Source: a virus
IMG/VR virus record: IMGVR_UViG_3300043410_001663
Coordinates: 4,391 to 68,390 of that record
Direction: 5' to 3' (one strand)
DNA: 64,000 nt
The translations under genes and the position numbers were made by a program. The notes beneath the pieces are model-generated. The model made no database searches, was not told the origin of the DNA, and saw nothing but the letters and a program-made list of their open reading frames with translations. Below, in pieces: positions 18,310 through 30,497 of this stretch; position 1 is the stretch's first letter, and every line of letters starts with the position of its first letter.

Positions 18310-19053
18310 ATGACCAAGCCCACCGGATTCACCATCTACCAAGGTCCCAGCATGATCGACGGCACGCCCATCGTGGCCATCGCCCTCCTCGGGTCATCGA
18401 ACCGCAAGACGGGTAACATGGTCCAGACCTATATCCTGCGCCAGGACATGCGTCCCGTCCAGGCGGTCCAGACCGGCGCGGACGTGGCCATCTGTGGCGA
18501 CTGCAAGCACCGCCCGTCCAACGGTGGCGCGTGCTACGTGGTCGTGGCCCAGGGCCCGACCGTGGTGTTCAAGACCTGGGTGGCAGGCAAGTACCCCACA
18601 GCATCCGCCACTGAGGTCGGCCAGATGGTCGCAGGCCGCATGGTCCGACTGGGCACCTATGGCGACCCCGCCGCCGTGCCCGCCGATGTGTGGGAGAACC
18701 TGACGGCCCTGGCCGCAGGCCGCACCGGGTACACCCACCAGTGGCGCAACCCGGCCCTGTCGGCCGACCACCGTGCGCGCATCGTGCGCCTGTGCATGGC
18801 ATCGGTCGACAACGCACTCGAGGCCCAGGAGGCCCGCACCAGTGGCATGCGTTACTTCCGCATCCGCACCGCGGACGAGGTGGTCGGCCAGGGTGAGTTC
18901 GTGTGCCCGGCCAGCGCCGAGGGCGGCATGCGCAAGCTCTGCACCACCTGCGGCGCCTGCAACGGCACGACCAAGGCGACCGGCGCCAGCCCGGTGATCA
19001 TCGTCCACGGCAACAAGGCCAGCCGGTTCACCACCCAGCGGGCGGCGGCCTGA
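18310..19053 (+). CDS. Cys-rich early protein, possibly Fe-S/metal binding
   Basis: CGDCKH, CYV, RLGTYGDP, GYTHQW, CPA, CTTCGAC motifs. Confidence 0.75.
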   Translation: MTKPTGFTIYQGPSMIDGTPIVAIALLGSSNRKTGNMVQTYILRQDMRPVQAVQTGADVAICGDCKHRPSNGGACYVVVAQGPTVVFKTWVAGKYPTASATEVGQMVAGRMVRLGTYGDPAAVPADVWENLTALAAGRTGYTHQWRNPALSADHRARIVRLCMASVDNALEAQEARTSGMRYFRIRTADEVVGQGEFVCPASAEGGMRKLCTTCGACNGTTKATGASPVIIVHGNKASRFTTQRAAA

Positions 19054-19097
19054 ACCCCCACCCGAGATGACCAGATAGATATCAACAGGAGAACGAC

Positions 19098-22000
19098 ATG
19101 CGATACACCGAAGCCCAATACATCGACGAGGGATTCCGTCTGGGGTCTCTGACGAACCGAAGCGCCTACGCCGCCCGGTCTGATATGCTGAACATCATGC
19201 TGTCAGCAGAAGCGCTCGAGGACATGGCCCAGGCACGTGCCTGGATCCACCAGGGTCAAGTGAAGGCCATCGAGCTGAACAACGAGATGTACCTGCGCAA
19301 CCTTCAACGAGCAAAGGCCTGACCATGACACCCATCGACAACCCCAACTTCATCCGCGTCCTGCTGGACCGGTTCGGCCCGGTCCGTGTGGAGAAGGACG
19401 GCACCAAAATCATGCGCGTCCTGACCGACACCGACAAGGACATCTACTGGCTACTGGACAAAAACGAAATCGCACACATTGGAGAATGAAATGAAAATCG
19501 AGTACACCAACAACCTCATCCGATACGCCTACAACGAGAAGCACGACTGCTCGGTGATGGCACTCTCCACGGCCATCGCCATGCCGTACGACAAGGCCTG
19601 GGACCTGCTCAGGGACCACGGCCGCCGTGCCCGCAGTGGTGTCCGCCTCACGCCCCTGACCAACGCATACCGGGCGGCGATGGGCCTCGAGTACCAGCCG
19701 GTGGCCGGGCGACCGACCATCGAGCAGTTCACCCAGGACCACGACACCGGGACCTGGATCGTGCGACTGAGCAACCACGTATTCGTCCTGCGTGACGGCG
19801 TGCAGATGGACGTCCAGGTCAACAGCAAGTACCGCCACGTGCTGGGGTACTGGAGGGTCGGGGCATGAGAGACGAAATCATCAAGATGGCGCGAGAGGCT
19901 GGAATTGTGTTTGATGAGCGAGCATTCCCATTTTATGAACGCTTCTTCCACATGGCTCAAGCCGCAGAGCGTGAGGCGTGTGCGAAGCTGGTTCAAGACA
20001 ACGCAATGGCTTGCGAGCCGGGATCAATGTTGCAGGTTTATCTTGCAAGCAATGCCACCGCCATTCGAGCAAGGGGACAAACATGAACGAGCGCATCTTC
20101 CAGATGGCCAGGGAGGCCCACCTCATACCCACCACAGGGGACTGCGACCCCTGGTACATCGCCACGGTGGTGCGGTTCTACCACATGGTCCAGGCCGAGG
20201 AGCGCCGTGCCTGCGAGGCCGTATGCGATACCCTCGCCGACGAGGGCAAGACGGCATACCAATGCAGAGACGCCATCCACGCCAGGGGGCTGACATGAAC
20301 CCCCACCCGAATTGACCAGAGTGATATCATCAACAGGAGCACACAATGATCAAGGTTACATACTACACCGACCCGGGCCATGGGTGGTACGCGGTCAAGC
20401 GCGACACACTGGCCAAGCTGGGCCTGCTGTACGAAGTGAGTACTTACTCTTATCAGCGGGGCGAGACGGTCTACCTGGAGGAGGACTGCGACGCCACTAT
20501 CTTCTTCAACAGAATCAACGCGATGGGGCTCAGTGTTACACTCAAGACCAAGCACACCGACAAGCGCCACCCCATCCGGTCGTACGCCGTCTTCCACCCC
20601 CACCCGAATTGACCAGAGTATTATCAACAACAGGAGCACACCATGAACCGACCACTACACACCATCGCGGCAGAGATCAAGCTGTCCTGGCCCAAGCCCT
20701 ATTTTGGTGCGGTGCCCTATTTGCAGGCGATGGCCTGCATGGGTGACATCAACGACCGATTCGGGTATGATGACGGCCGCTCGATCGTGAATTATTTTCT
20801 GGCCAACGCCAAGACCTGGAAGGGCGACGACGCCCGCCGTGTCAAGGCAGAACTGAAGGGGATGGTATGACACCGAAACGTAAAGCAATCAACGCCCTGC
20901 GCCATGTCGCGGCGATGCACTTCAACCGCAAGATGCCCAGGTGGACCAAGGTGAGCGGGCTGTGCTGGGCCACCTCGCACGTATGTGGGGAGTGTGGGGA
21001 CCTGCAACCGTACGATGACGACCAGTATCAGATCATCAACCAGTGGTGCAAGCCCCATGCACGCACCGGCAACAACGACTTTCATCAGGACTACATCGCC
21101 CAACCGGGCAAGCACTGGGGCCAGCGTGCGATGTTCGCACTGTTACTGGCGGAGAGCAAGTCATGAGACACATCAAGGACCTACTGCAGGCGGTGATCCT
21201 GGCCGCGTTATTTGCACTCCCGTTCATCGTTTACCTGTACAATATGACGCCATGAACAACTGCGAACCCGGCGACCTCGCCATCGTCGTATCCTCACCCA
21301 TCTACCCCGAGTTCATCGGGCGCATATACAAGGTCGTCGCCTTGTTTGGGTTGCAAGAGAACGGGCGTGCCGCCTGGGCCGTGGAGGGCAACTGCAAGAC
21401 CAACGACGGAAAGAGGATACTGTATGTCGAAGACCAACTGCTCAAGCCAATCAGACCAGACGCCGGACCCTCACTGGCCGTTCCCACAACCGGGCCAGAT
21501 CAAGCGGGTCAAGGATAACCCCAACCCCTACCCATCAGACGCGGAAGAAGCCCCATTCTGAACCCCCACCCGAATTGACCAGAGTATTATCAACAACAGG
21601 AGCACACCATGAAGACAGACCTCGGAGCAGTAATCGAAGCCAGCAACGGCAAGTTCATCAGCGTGACGTTCGTCAAGAAGGACGGCTCGATCCGTGTCTT
21701 GGTCGGACGCCTGGGTGTCAAGAAGCACCTCAAGGGCGGCGAGTCGACCCTGGACGCCGACAAGTACATCACCATCTTCGACACCCAGAACGGCGGCTAC
21801 CGCGCCATCAACCGTGATACCATTCAATCTGTCCGCATCGACGGCGTGGAGTTCGCATGAAAACCAGTGAGATATTCAAGATGGCCGGCAAGATGCTGGC
21901 CTCCGAGGTTCAACCCAACTACAACCCCCACCATAAGGGCGAACAGTTTGTCTGTATCGCGTTGATGCGGCTCGCCAATCAAAAGCGTGTCAGTTTCAAT

Positions 22001-22603
22001 GACAGCGTCCGGTGCAAGCAAATCATCAGAGACCTGCTCGGCGACAGAGAGAGCCTGGAGAGCTGGCTGATGTACCGCGGTTACCTTCCGGAGGTCTTCC
22101 TGGACAACCGGGCACTGTGCCGTAAAATCATGAGGACCCGCAAGGCCTGGGTCAAGCACCTCGTCAACCACTACGCCGCACAAGGGGACTGACATGAGAG
22201 ACTACGCCCACGCCCTGAGAGGCTACACGCTGGGGTTCGGCCGGTCCGAGTTGGAGGACCAGATGCTGGCCATCATCGACTCCCCTGAGTTCCAGCGGTG
22301 GAAGCTGGACAAGCAGAACCGGGAGGTTGAGACTGGCCCCTTCCTGGACCTGGACGACCTGGAGCTGTCATGAGCGAAGGCCCAGAACAGTACGACAGCC
22401 TGACCCTTGTCGCCATCTTGCGGTCCAGGGGCTGGCTGTGTTTTCGTCCGGCGCATGGCCGCATCCTACTCCCGGAGGGCCTGATCATTGACCTGAAACA
22501 ACTAGTGAAAAACAGGCGCAATGACTCAGCGGCCAGGATGGTCCTGCACTGGATGTCCAACCGACTCAACTTGGACCTGACATGCGACCCCTCCCCGGAG
22601 TAA
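19098..22603 (+). CDS. Run of small early hypothetical ORFs (e.g. 19098-19322, 19325-19489, 19491-19868, 19865-20086, 20083-20298, 20346-20612, 20643-20870, 20867-21166, 21609-21860, 21857-22192, 22370-22603)
   Basis: Tightly packed co-directional ORFs with ATGA overlaps or repeat-borne RBS. Confidence 0.65.
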
Positions 22604-22711
22604 TACTAATGGCCTCACTGGCACTTTTTGCCGCCGGAGCCGGTCGGTTTGTGCCAGTGGTCATCGTCATCGGGTGCTTTCTTGACGAATTAGTATGAAA
22701 GTACTCATCCT

Positions 22712-22866
22712 AAATGAGAATCATTTCGATTTGTGCAGGGTAGGCTGGATGTGCAGGGTATATCTATTCTTTTTATTTTTTTTCACACACGATTAAAAAA
22801 AAATAAATAAAGTAAACATACCCTGCCTACCCTGCAAACCCTGCACAAATAGGAATTATTCTCAAC
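22712..22866. promoter_or_regulatory. Iteron-flanked AT-rich element, copy 2, bracketed by two Fur-box-like sites
   Basis: GCAGGGT and inverted ACCCTGC repeats around T/A tracts (22733-22846); AAATGAGAATCATTTCGATTT (22712) and AAATAGGAATTATTCTCAAC (22847). Confidence 0.5.
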
Positions 22867-22896
22867 AACTGGCAAATAAACGAAAGTATTCATTTC

Positions 22897-23409
22897 ATGG
22901 CACTCACACCTGATCAGGAAAAAGAGCTCGCGGCGATGGCCCAGGCCGGCGACGAGGAGGCCCTAGAATCGTTTTTTCAGGCCAACCGGGGCCTAGCCCT
23001 GTACGTGGTCCAAAAAATGCCCCAGTGGGCCGTAGAATCGGCCATGACCCGTGATGACCTGATCCAGGAGGCCTACATCGCCCTGGTCCACGCGATCCAG
23101 ACCTGGAAGCCCAAGAAGCGATTCGCGACCTATGCCCAGAAGGTGATCATGGGCCGGGTGCGGCGCGCGGTGGAGAACGGGAGCCAGATGATCAGGATCC
23201 CGGTACCGGTCCAGGAGGACATCCGCAAGATCAAGTCGGCCCAGTCCAAGTTGCACCAGCTACTGGGACGTGAGCCCTCACTGACCGAGGTGGCCCAACT
23301 ACTGGATGAGCATACAGACTGGGTGAAGGATAGAATCGTGGTAAGCCAGCGCCAGCCGGTGAGCCTGGACGCGTACAAGCGGGACAACCTATCGGAGGAG
23401 TCGGAATGA
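22897..23409 (+). CDS. Sigma70-family sigma factor, regions 1.2-3 only (no region 4)
   Basis: LTPDQEKELA..AQAGDEEA, DDLIQEAYIAL, RFATYA, IRIPV, LGREPSLTEVA, PVSLD, then stop. Confidence 0.85.
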   Translation: MALTPDQEKELAAMAQAGDEEALESFFQANRGLALYVVQKMPQWAVESAMTRDDLIQEAYIALVHAIQTWKPKKRFATYAQKVIMGRVRRAVENGSQMIRIPVPVQEDIRKIKSAQSKLHQLLGREPSLTEVAQLLDEHTDWVKDRIVVSQRQPVSLDAYKRDNLSEESE

Positions 23410-26400
23410 AGCTATATGACGTGCCGCGTAATACGCGGGTTAGGGTGGTGGAGACGGGGGAGGAGTACAACTTCGACCACATCGACGGGATGTATTCCTA
23501 CTGCACCGACGACGAGGGCAACGTGGCCCACCTAGTCGCCTGGGAAGACGTGGAGGTGGTCCATGATCGTTGAAGCCGCACGACAGGCGCTGTACTTGCT
23601 GGAAGAATTTGTTGATGACCCGAGATGCCAAGGACAAATTGATGCCACCAGCATTGCCCTACGCCAAGCCATAGAGCAGGCTGAGAAGCAGGAGCCGGTG
23701 GCGTGGTTTTCGCCCTCTGGTAATTTGTATCGCTCTCGGTATCACGCAGTCGCTAACGGAGAACAGGTTGTAACCCCACTCTACACCAACCCACCCACAG
23801 CACCTGCGCAGGAGCCGATTGCCTGGATTGAGCGAGACATGATGTGCGATGAGTTTGATCCAGCCAGCGTGACCTGTAAAAAGTCTGACACAGCAACCGA
23901 TGGATGGGAGTGGGTTCCGTTGGTTCTTGCCACAGCACCTGTGCAGGAGAAGAACAATGGATAGTTTTCTTTTGTGGGTAATCATGATCCTGCTCGCGTA
24001 TATCGGTGATACACTGCGCAACATGCACAACACGATCAAGGAGAAGTTATGAACCACGCAGACATCCAGCGCCCTATCGCAACGGGGGTCACGTCACCCC
24101 GCGAGTGGAGGGACCTCACGCAGAACCAGATCGAGTACATCCTCTCGGAGTACGACATGTTCTACCAGAACGACATCTTCGTCACCGACGTGATGGAGAT
24201 CATCGCCACCGTGCGTCAACTGTTGAAGGAAATGAACACGTGAGCATGATGGCCATCAAGGAGGTCCTCCAGCACGGGCCGCTGTCTGTCAGGGAGATGG
24301 TTGAGCTGTTGGGCCAGGCGCGCGTCGCGCTGAACAAGAGCCTGCGCCGGCTGAGAGACCGCAAGCAGGTCTACATCTGCGCCTGGGAGCGCCAACCGGA
24401 GGGCCACCAGGGTGCGTTCGTGCCGTACTACACGCTCGGCGACGAGCCCGACGCGCAACGCCCCAAGGCGCTGACGGTCTCGGAGCGCAACAAGGAATAC
24501 CGGCGGCGTCATCAAGCCGCTATCTCAGCAAGACGCTACCCTCACCTGCGCGAGACGCTGGGTGTCTGGGCAGGACTAGGAGGACGATGATGAAAGCAAT
24601 TGTCAAACGCATCAACCGCATGACGATCGAGGAGTTTGCTACCCAGCACGATCTGATACTACGGGTAACCGAGCGAGAAGCCGCGTATGCAGCTCCCGGG
24701 AAATGGTACTGCTATTTCCCAGAGATCGAGATTAAAAAAGGGGGCGTGCTCGAGAGCGGTTCAGGTGACGGTGACACAATCAATGACGCCATCTTCAACT
24801 ACTGCGAAATCCTAAGCAACAAGCGGGTGGTGTACAAAGCGTTCACGCCCAGCCGCGCGGAGTTTACAATGCCCGAGCTGACACCCATCTACACACTGGA
24901 GGAAATATGAGTCTGGACGTTTACCTCGAGCAGTCGGTGTTCACCCGCAACATGACGCACAACCTTGCAGAAATGGCTGACCACGCAGGCGTATATGATT
25001 GCATCTGGCGCCCCGATGAGAACAACATCTACGAGGCCAGCGAGCTGGTCACTCCCTTGGCCAAGGGGCTGTCGCTACTGCTGAGTGACCCCGAGATGTT
25101 CAAGCGATACAACCCCGAGAACGGGTGGGGCTCGTACGATACCCTTGTCCGTTTCGTGGCGGAGTACCTCCAGGGTTGCATCAACCACCCAGACGCACGT
25201 GTGAGGGTCAGCCGATGAAACGAGCACTCAGCGCGACATTACTGACCCTATCCCTGTACGCCAACGCGGAGTTCATGACGGGCCGCACGCTGCTGGCCAG
25301 GATGAACGGGGACGCCGCGGATCGTGCCAACGCCGTGGGCTACATAGTGGGGGTCGCAGATACACTGATGGGCGAGGTCAGCTGCCCTCCCCACGGCCTC
25401 ACATCGGGCCAGTTAGCCAGTGAGGTCCGCAAGGTCCTGGAGGAGAACCCGGACAAGCTGTCTGTCAGCGCGGACGTATTCGTGCACGCGGTTATGCTAA
25501 AATGGCCGTGCAGTAGTGGCAGAAAGGTTACCGCATGAAACGAGAAGAGTTAGAGCAGATCGCCAAGATGGCCGGGGCGCTGTTGGTGTATAATCCACAC
25601 GGCGGCCCCATCATGGCCGACAACCTCGACCTGATGAAGTTCTCAACGTACCTCGAGGGGTGCCTGAGACTGGACGTCATCAGCGAGATCATGGAGCTGG
25701 GTCCGCAGGCGAGCCTGGAAGACATTCTGGTTCACATCTCAAGGGGATAAAGATGATTTTCACAACGGGTATCGGTTTGATTTGCGCCGGCTGGTGGCTG
25801 GCGTGGTTCTTTGGCGACTGGCACAACATGGAGCGCAACTGGTGCGACAAGATTGGCGGCGCGCTGTTCGGCATTGGCCTGGGGCTGTCACTCAGCTCGA
25901 TGATCATCGCCGCGATCAAGTACATGCCATGAGCGGGAACCTGATCATATTGACGGGCGTGATCTACGCCTATGTCGCCGTTGAGCAGGGGCTCAAGGGC
26001 AACATGGGGATGCTGATCGCATACGCCGGGTACGCGTTCGCCAACGTGGGCCTCTACCTGATGGTGACGAAATGAAGTTCAGAAAGAAGCCAGTAGTTAT
26101 TGAGGCCACGCAATGGTTTAGATACGGGGATCATCCGAAGGTTAAGATTCGATATAAACACGCAGATGATGATGAGCATTGGAATCCAACCATTCCAACT
26201 GGTGAAGGCTGGATAAAAACGCTAGAAGGTGAAATGCTTGTTACCCCGGGCGATTGGATCATCACCGGCGTGAAGGGGGAGCACTACCCGTGCAAGCCCG
26301 ACATCTTTGAGGCAACCTACGAGAGGGTCGAACAATGAAGATCGAGATATGCGGCGAGTGTGCCAGCAAGCTGGTCGCGCAGGACCTCAAAGAGGTCTAT

Positions 26401-28000
26401 AAATCGATTGACAAGACCTCAATCAACATGTACTCGTTTGACAAAGAAGAAAACGACAAAGAGGTCAAGAAGTTCAAGGCCGCTTTGAAGACAGTGATTG
26501 AATTCTATGGGGGTAAACTATGATCAGCGAGATCGATATCAAGGACTGGGACACGCTCAAGATTGAGCTAGTCAAAGAGAACGAAGACGGCAGCGCGGAC
26601 TACACGATGCACGTCGGGCCCAAGTGTGCAAATTTTCTGATGTCGTATGCATTCGTTTCCGTACTTAAACAAGTTATCGCAGAGGGCAAAACCCTCACAC
26701 CTGAGAATGAATCAGCAGGAACGTGACCAATGGCACAAGGCGCGGGCGTGGCTGCCGCCTGAGCACGCCGGCCAGTGGACCGAGGAGGTCCGCGAGGTCT
26801 GGCTGCGGATGAGGAAGGCCCACAAGGCCTGGCAGATGACCAAGACGCCACCCAGCGACGCCAAGGGCTCGATCAAGGAGAACGGGCAGCGCTCGGTCAC
26901 CTGGATCCCCAACGACGAGTACATGCGGTACCAGATAGCTAAAGAGGACTGGCACGCGGTCGAGCCGGCATACATCAACCAAACGAGGGCCCGCAAGGGC
27001 GAGGAGGACGAGGAGTGATCAGCAACGTACGATTCCGCACAGAGGGCGACCTCGTGGTGCTGCAGATAGCAGAGGGGTTCGGCTCGGGCACAATTTGGTT
27101 CGATGCCAAGGTGACCGACCTCCTCGAAGTGAGTGCTTACTTCAATACACAGATGGGCACGCGCCTGGAGATGGTGGAAAACAACCTCAACGCGCTGACA
27201 GATAAGGTGTGGGACGAGGCATGAGGAGCATCTTCTACGGGGTATACCTCTTCGGGGCGGTGATGGGCTCGGTGGCGATGTGGCTGCTGGACCCGGTCAC
27301 GGCGCTCATCGCGACCATGACCATCCCCCTCGTCGTGCTGTGGGGCGCTGAGTTGTTCGGGTTCATCCACTTCCACCGCGTCGAGCTCGAGGACGACGAT
27401 GACGACCTCCTGGTCAAGATCCGTGAGGAGAACCTATCGGACAAGGAGGCGATCGACAAGTACGGCCAGCAGATCATCAACGAGGTCGACCGACGCGTTG
27501 GCATGGTCGAGGCACAGCTGGCCAACATGAAGCGCCAGCGCAACGAGATGATACGTATGATGAAGGAAGAGCGATGAAACCTACAAACAGACTGCGGTTC
27601 GTCACCCGCAAAATGGTGTTCGACGCTTTCTACATGATGACAGACGGCGGCGGTAAGACCGTCCCCGCGCAACAGACCATCCGAGTCCTACAACAGTGGT
27701 GGGAGGATAGTGTTGGCGACATTGAGCAAGGCATCACCGCATTCGGTGAGTGGCGTGACGTACCATTGGAGACTGAAGAATGAAAAACACAGGTGGAACA
27801 GCGTTTCCGTTTTTGGAACTGGATGGGTCAGGTATGGCACATCACCAGCATGAGGGCATGACCCTGCGCGACTACTTTGCGGCCAAGGCCATGCAGACTA
27901 TGTTGCATGACGCGCTCGAGTACGATACAACAGATAACGAGATCGCTATAACGGCCTACAAAATGGCAGACGAGATGCTGAAAGCGAGACAAGAATGAAA
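23406..28000 (+). CDS. Cluster of about 20 small hypothetical genes, including an HTH-like protein (24240-24590) and small membrane proteins
   Basis: Contiguous ATGA-coupled ORFs; no catalytic motifs recognised. Confidence 0.6.
26072..26338 (+). CDS. Widely conserved small phage protein (KKPVVIEA...PCKPDIF family)
   Basis: MKFRKKPVVIEATQW...PGDWIITGVKGEHYPCKPDIFEATYE. Confidence 0.75.
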   Translation: MKFRKKPVVIEATQWFRYGDHPKVKIRYKHADDDEHWNPTIPTGEGWIKTLEGEMLVTPGDWIITGVKGEHYPCKPDIFEATYERVEQ

Positions 28001-28178
28001 GTCGAAATCAGAGAGCAGATCGAAGACTACCCGCCCAGCGGCTGGGTCACGTTCGAGTCTATGCGGCAGGCCGCGGATGTGGTAGGATGCTCTGCCCGTC
28101 AACTGGGACAGCAGATGGCGGGTCACAGAGAGTTCACGAAAACCAAGCTCGGAAAAGTAATCCAAATCAGACAACACC

Positions 28179-30497
28179 ATGAACAAGCCAACAGTCCTAC
28201 CAGTCCAGTTCGAGTCGATCCCGATCGGCCTCAAGAAAATACCCCGCTGGGTTTTGTGGCGGCTAGTCGAGGTTGGGGAAGGGTCGAGCAAGCGTTGGTC
28301 AAAGTTACCTTTGCAGTCCAATGGGTCCGCAGCAAGTTCAACAAACCCCGAGACGTGGTGTGATTTTCTACACGCTCAAGAGGCTTATCAAGCGGGTCGG
28401 TTTGATGGTGTCGGCTTTGTATTTGATGGCAGTGATGGCATCGTTGGGGTCGACCTGGACGACTGCATTGACCCATCGGTGGGCGTCGATTCTCTCACCC
28501 CAGAGGCGCGCGCGATCCTCGAAGGCGTCGAAGGGTACGCCGAGGTCAGCCCATCAGGCACCGGCCTCAAGATCTTCACCCGGGCAGAGATAACCGCGGC
28601 CCACGTCGACCACGACAAGGGCCTGGAGATCTACCCCCGAGGCCGTTACTTCACGGTGACGGGGCACGTCATCGGCGGCGCGATCCCCGACGAGGTGCAG
28701 AACCTCTCAGACATCGTCCCCGAGCGCCAGAGCTACCGCTCAGGCGACGACTTCGCCGACTACAGCCCGCCCCTGGAGGGCTGGGACCTTGCGCGTGTGG
28801 AGACGGACCTCCTGGCGCACCTCGAGCCCGACTGTGGCTACGCGGACTGGCTCCAGGTGGGGATGGCCCTACAGCACCAGTTCGGCGGCGACTACGAGGC
28901 CCAGGAGCTCTGGGACCGCTGGTCGTACCAGGACGGGAAGTGCGCGTCCTACGTCGAGGGCGAGTGCGCCCGCAAGTGGAACAGCTTCAGCGGCACGAGC
29001 GGGACGACCCTGCGGACGTTGGTGTTCAAGGTCAACCGCATGAAGGAGGCCGAGGTCATCGCCAACGGCGAGAAGGTCTTGACGGGTGGCCCATTGAACC
29101 ACGCCCGGGAGTTCTTGAGCAGCACCTTCTCGTGCGAGGAGGGGACCACCTTGTCGACCTACGGCGGTGACATGTTCCAGTTCAAGGGGACACACTACGA
29201 GGACATCGAGGAGGCGACCGTGCGCGCGCACCTCTACACCTTCCTGGACAAGTGCAAGAAGTACGACAAGAAGATGAACCTGATCCCGTTCAACCCGGGC
29301 CCGTCTGTCGTCTCTGGCGTCCTGGACGCGGTGCAGGCACTGACCCACCTCCCCAACAAGGCCAACACCCGGCCGCCGGTGTGGTTGGACGGGTACGGTG
29401 CCGACAAGCCCGAGCCGGCGAAACTGGTCTCGTTGCAGAACGGGCTATTCCACACCGAGCAGAACGTGCTGATCCCCCACAGCCTGGGCTTCTTCACGCT
29501 CAACAGTTTGCCGTTCGAGTACGACCCGCTCGCCGAGTGCCCGACCTGGACGGCGTTCTTGAACGATCTGTGGAGTGACGACCCCGAGAGCATCACCTGC
29601 CTCCAGGAGATGTTCGGCTACATCCTGAGCGGGGACTCGAGCCAGCAGAAGTTCTTCAACATCATCGGCCCGCGCCGCTCAGGCAAGGGGACCATCAACA
29701 AGGTGCTCGTGTCCCTGCTGGGCCAGCACAACACAGTGGCGCCCCAGTTGGAGGAGCTCTGTGACACATTCGGGTTGCAGCCATGGCTAGGAAAATTACT
29801 TGCATCCTTCACGGATGCCCGAGCACCGGAAAGAAATCGGGGGGCTGTAGTGAGTCAACTGCTCCGGATTGTTGGTGGCGACACCGTGACCGTGAACCGG
29901 AAGAACAAAGAAGCCTGGAGCGGCTATTTGCCGACGCGTATCGTGATCTACTCGAACGAGGCGCTGCAGTTGACGGAAAACTCCAACGCTTTGACGGGCC
30001 GGATGATCGTCCTCAAGATGTCCAACAGTTTCTATGGTCGGGAAGACGTGTCGTTGTCCGACAAGCTGGCCAAGGAGCTCCCGGGGATCTTCAACTGGGC
30101 GATCGAGGGCCAGCAGAGACGGATGGCCAGGAACGGCCAGAGGTTCAACCAGCCGAAGACGGGCCGGGAGCTACTGGAGCTGATGGAGGAGCTGAGTAAC
30201 CCGATCGGTTCGTTCGTGCAGGACGCGCTGGTGTACGAGCCGATGGGGCACGTCAACAAGGACGACGTGTTCACGTGCTGGAAGAAGTGGGCCTTGGCGA
30301 AAAACATCCCACCAGGGACCGACCTCGCATTCAAGCGCCGGTTCCTGGCCGCGACCCAGGACCACCGTGTCGTGGCGGACCGCATCCGCGTCGACGGCGA
30401 GCAGCACAACGTCTACCGCGGCGTCGTGCTCAACGCCAAGGCCCGCAAGTATGTCGACAGCATCAGCAACTTCGAGCGTGAGGAGATATTCGCATGA
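28179..30497 (+). CDS. Primase-polymerase fused to SF3 (D5/P4 alpha-like) helicase
   Basis: AEP motifs GVDLDDC, EVSPSGTG, EIY...RYFTVTG; PriCT-like WLQVGMAL; Walker A GPRRSGKGT. Confidence 0.9.
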   Translation: MNKPTVLPVQFESIPIGLKKIPRWVLWRLVEVGEGSSKRWSKLPLQSNGSAASSTNPETWCDFLHAQEAYQAGRFDGVGFVFDGSDGIVGVDLDDCIDPSVGVDSLTPEARAILEGVEGYAEVSPSGTGLKIFTRAEITAAHVDHDKGLEIYPRGRYFTVTGHVIGGAIPDEVQNLSDIVPERQSYRSGDDFADYSPPLEGWDLARVETDLLAHLEPDCGYADWLQVGMALQHQFGGDYEAQELWDRWSYQDGKCASYVEGECARKWNSFSGTSGTTLRTLVFKVNRMKEAEVIANGEKVLTGGPLNHAREFLSSTFSCEEGTTLSTYGGDMFQFKGTHYEDIEEATVRAHLYTFLDKCKKYDKKMNLIPFNPGPSVVSGVLDAVQALTHLPNKANTRPPVWLDGYGADKPEPAKLVSLQNGLFHTEQNVLIPHSLGFFTLNSLPFEYDPLAECPTWTAFLNDLWSDDPESITCLQEMFGYILSGDSSQQKFFNIIGPRRSGKGTINKVLVSLLGQHNTVAPQLEELCDTFGLQPWLGKLLASFTDARAPERNRGAVVSQLLRIVGGDTVTVNRKNKEAWSGYLPTRIVIYSNEALQLTENSNALTGRMIVLKMSNSFYGREDVSLSDKLAKELPGIFNWAIEGQQRRMARNGQRFNQPKTGRELLELMEELSNPIGSFVQDALVYEPMGHVNKDDVFTCWKKWALAKNIPPGTDLAFKRRFLAATQDHRVVADRIRVDGEQHNVYRGVVLNAKARKYVDSISNFEREEIFA

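Larger units (their letters stand above)
16687..21608 (+). repeat. Nine dispersed ~45-bp promoter/RBS repeats heading early gene cassettes
   Basis: AACCCCCACCCGA(G/A)(A/T)TGACCAGA.TAGTATCA..AAC...GGAG at about 16687, 16931, 17223, 17728, 18257, 19053, 20298, 20595, 21561. Confidence 0.9.

Noticed and set aside
16687-21608. CRISPR array or integron interpretation of the early repeats
   Set aside because: Intervening segments are 240-1250 bp genes, the repeats are non-palindromic and end in an RBS, and no cas operon or integrase is present.
22616-22659. Additional sigma54 site at TGGCACTTTTTGC
   Set aside because: GG-to-GC spacing is 2 bp too short; better explained as one arm of a CACTGGCAC/GTGCCAGTG hairpin.
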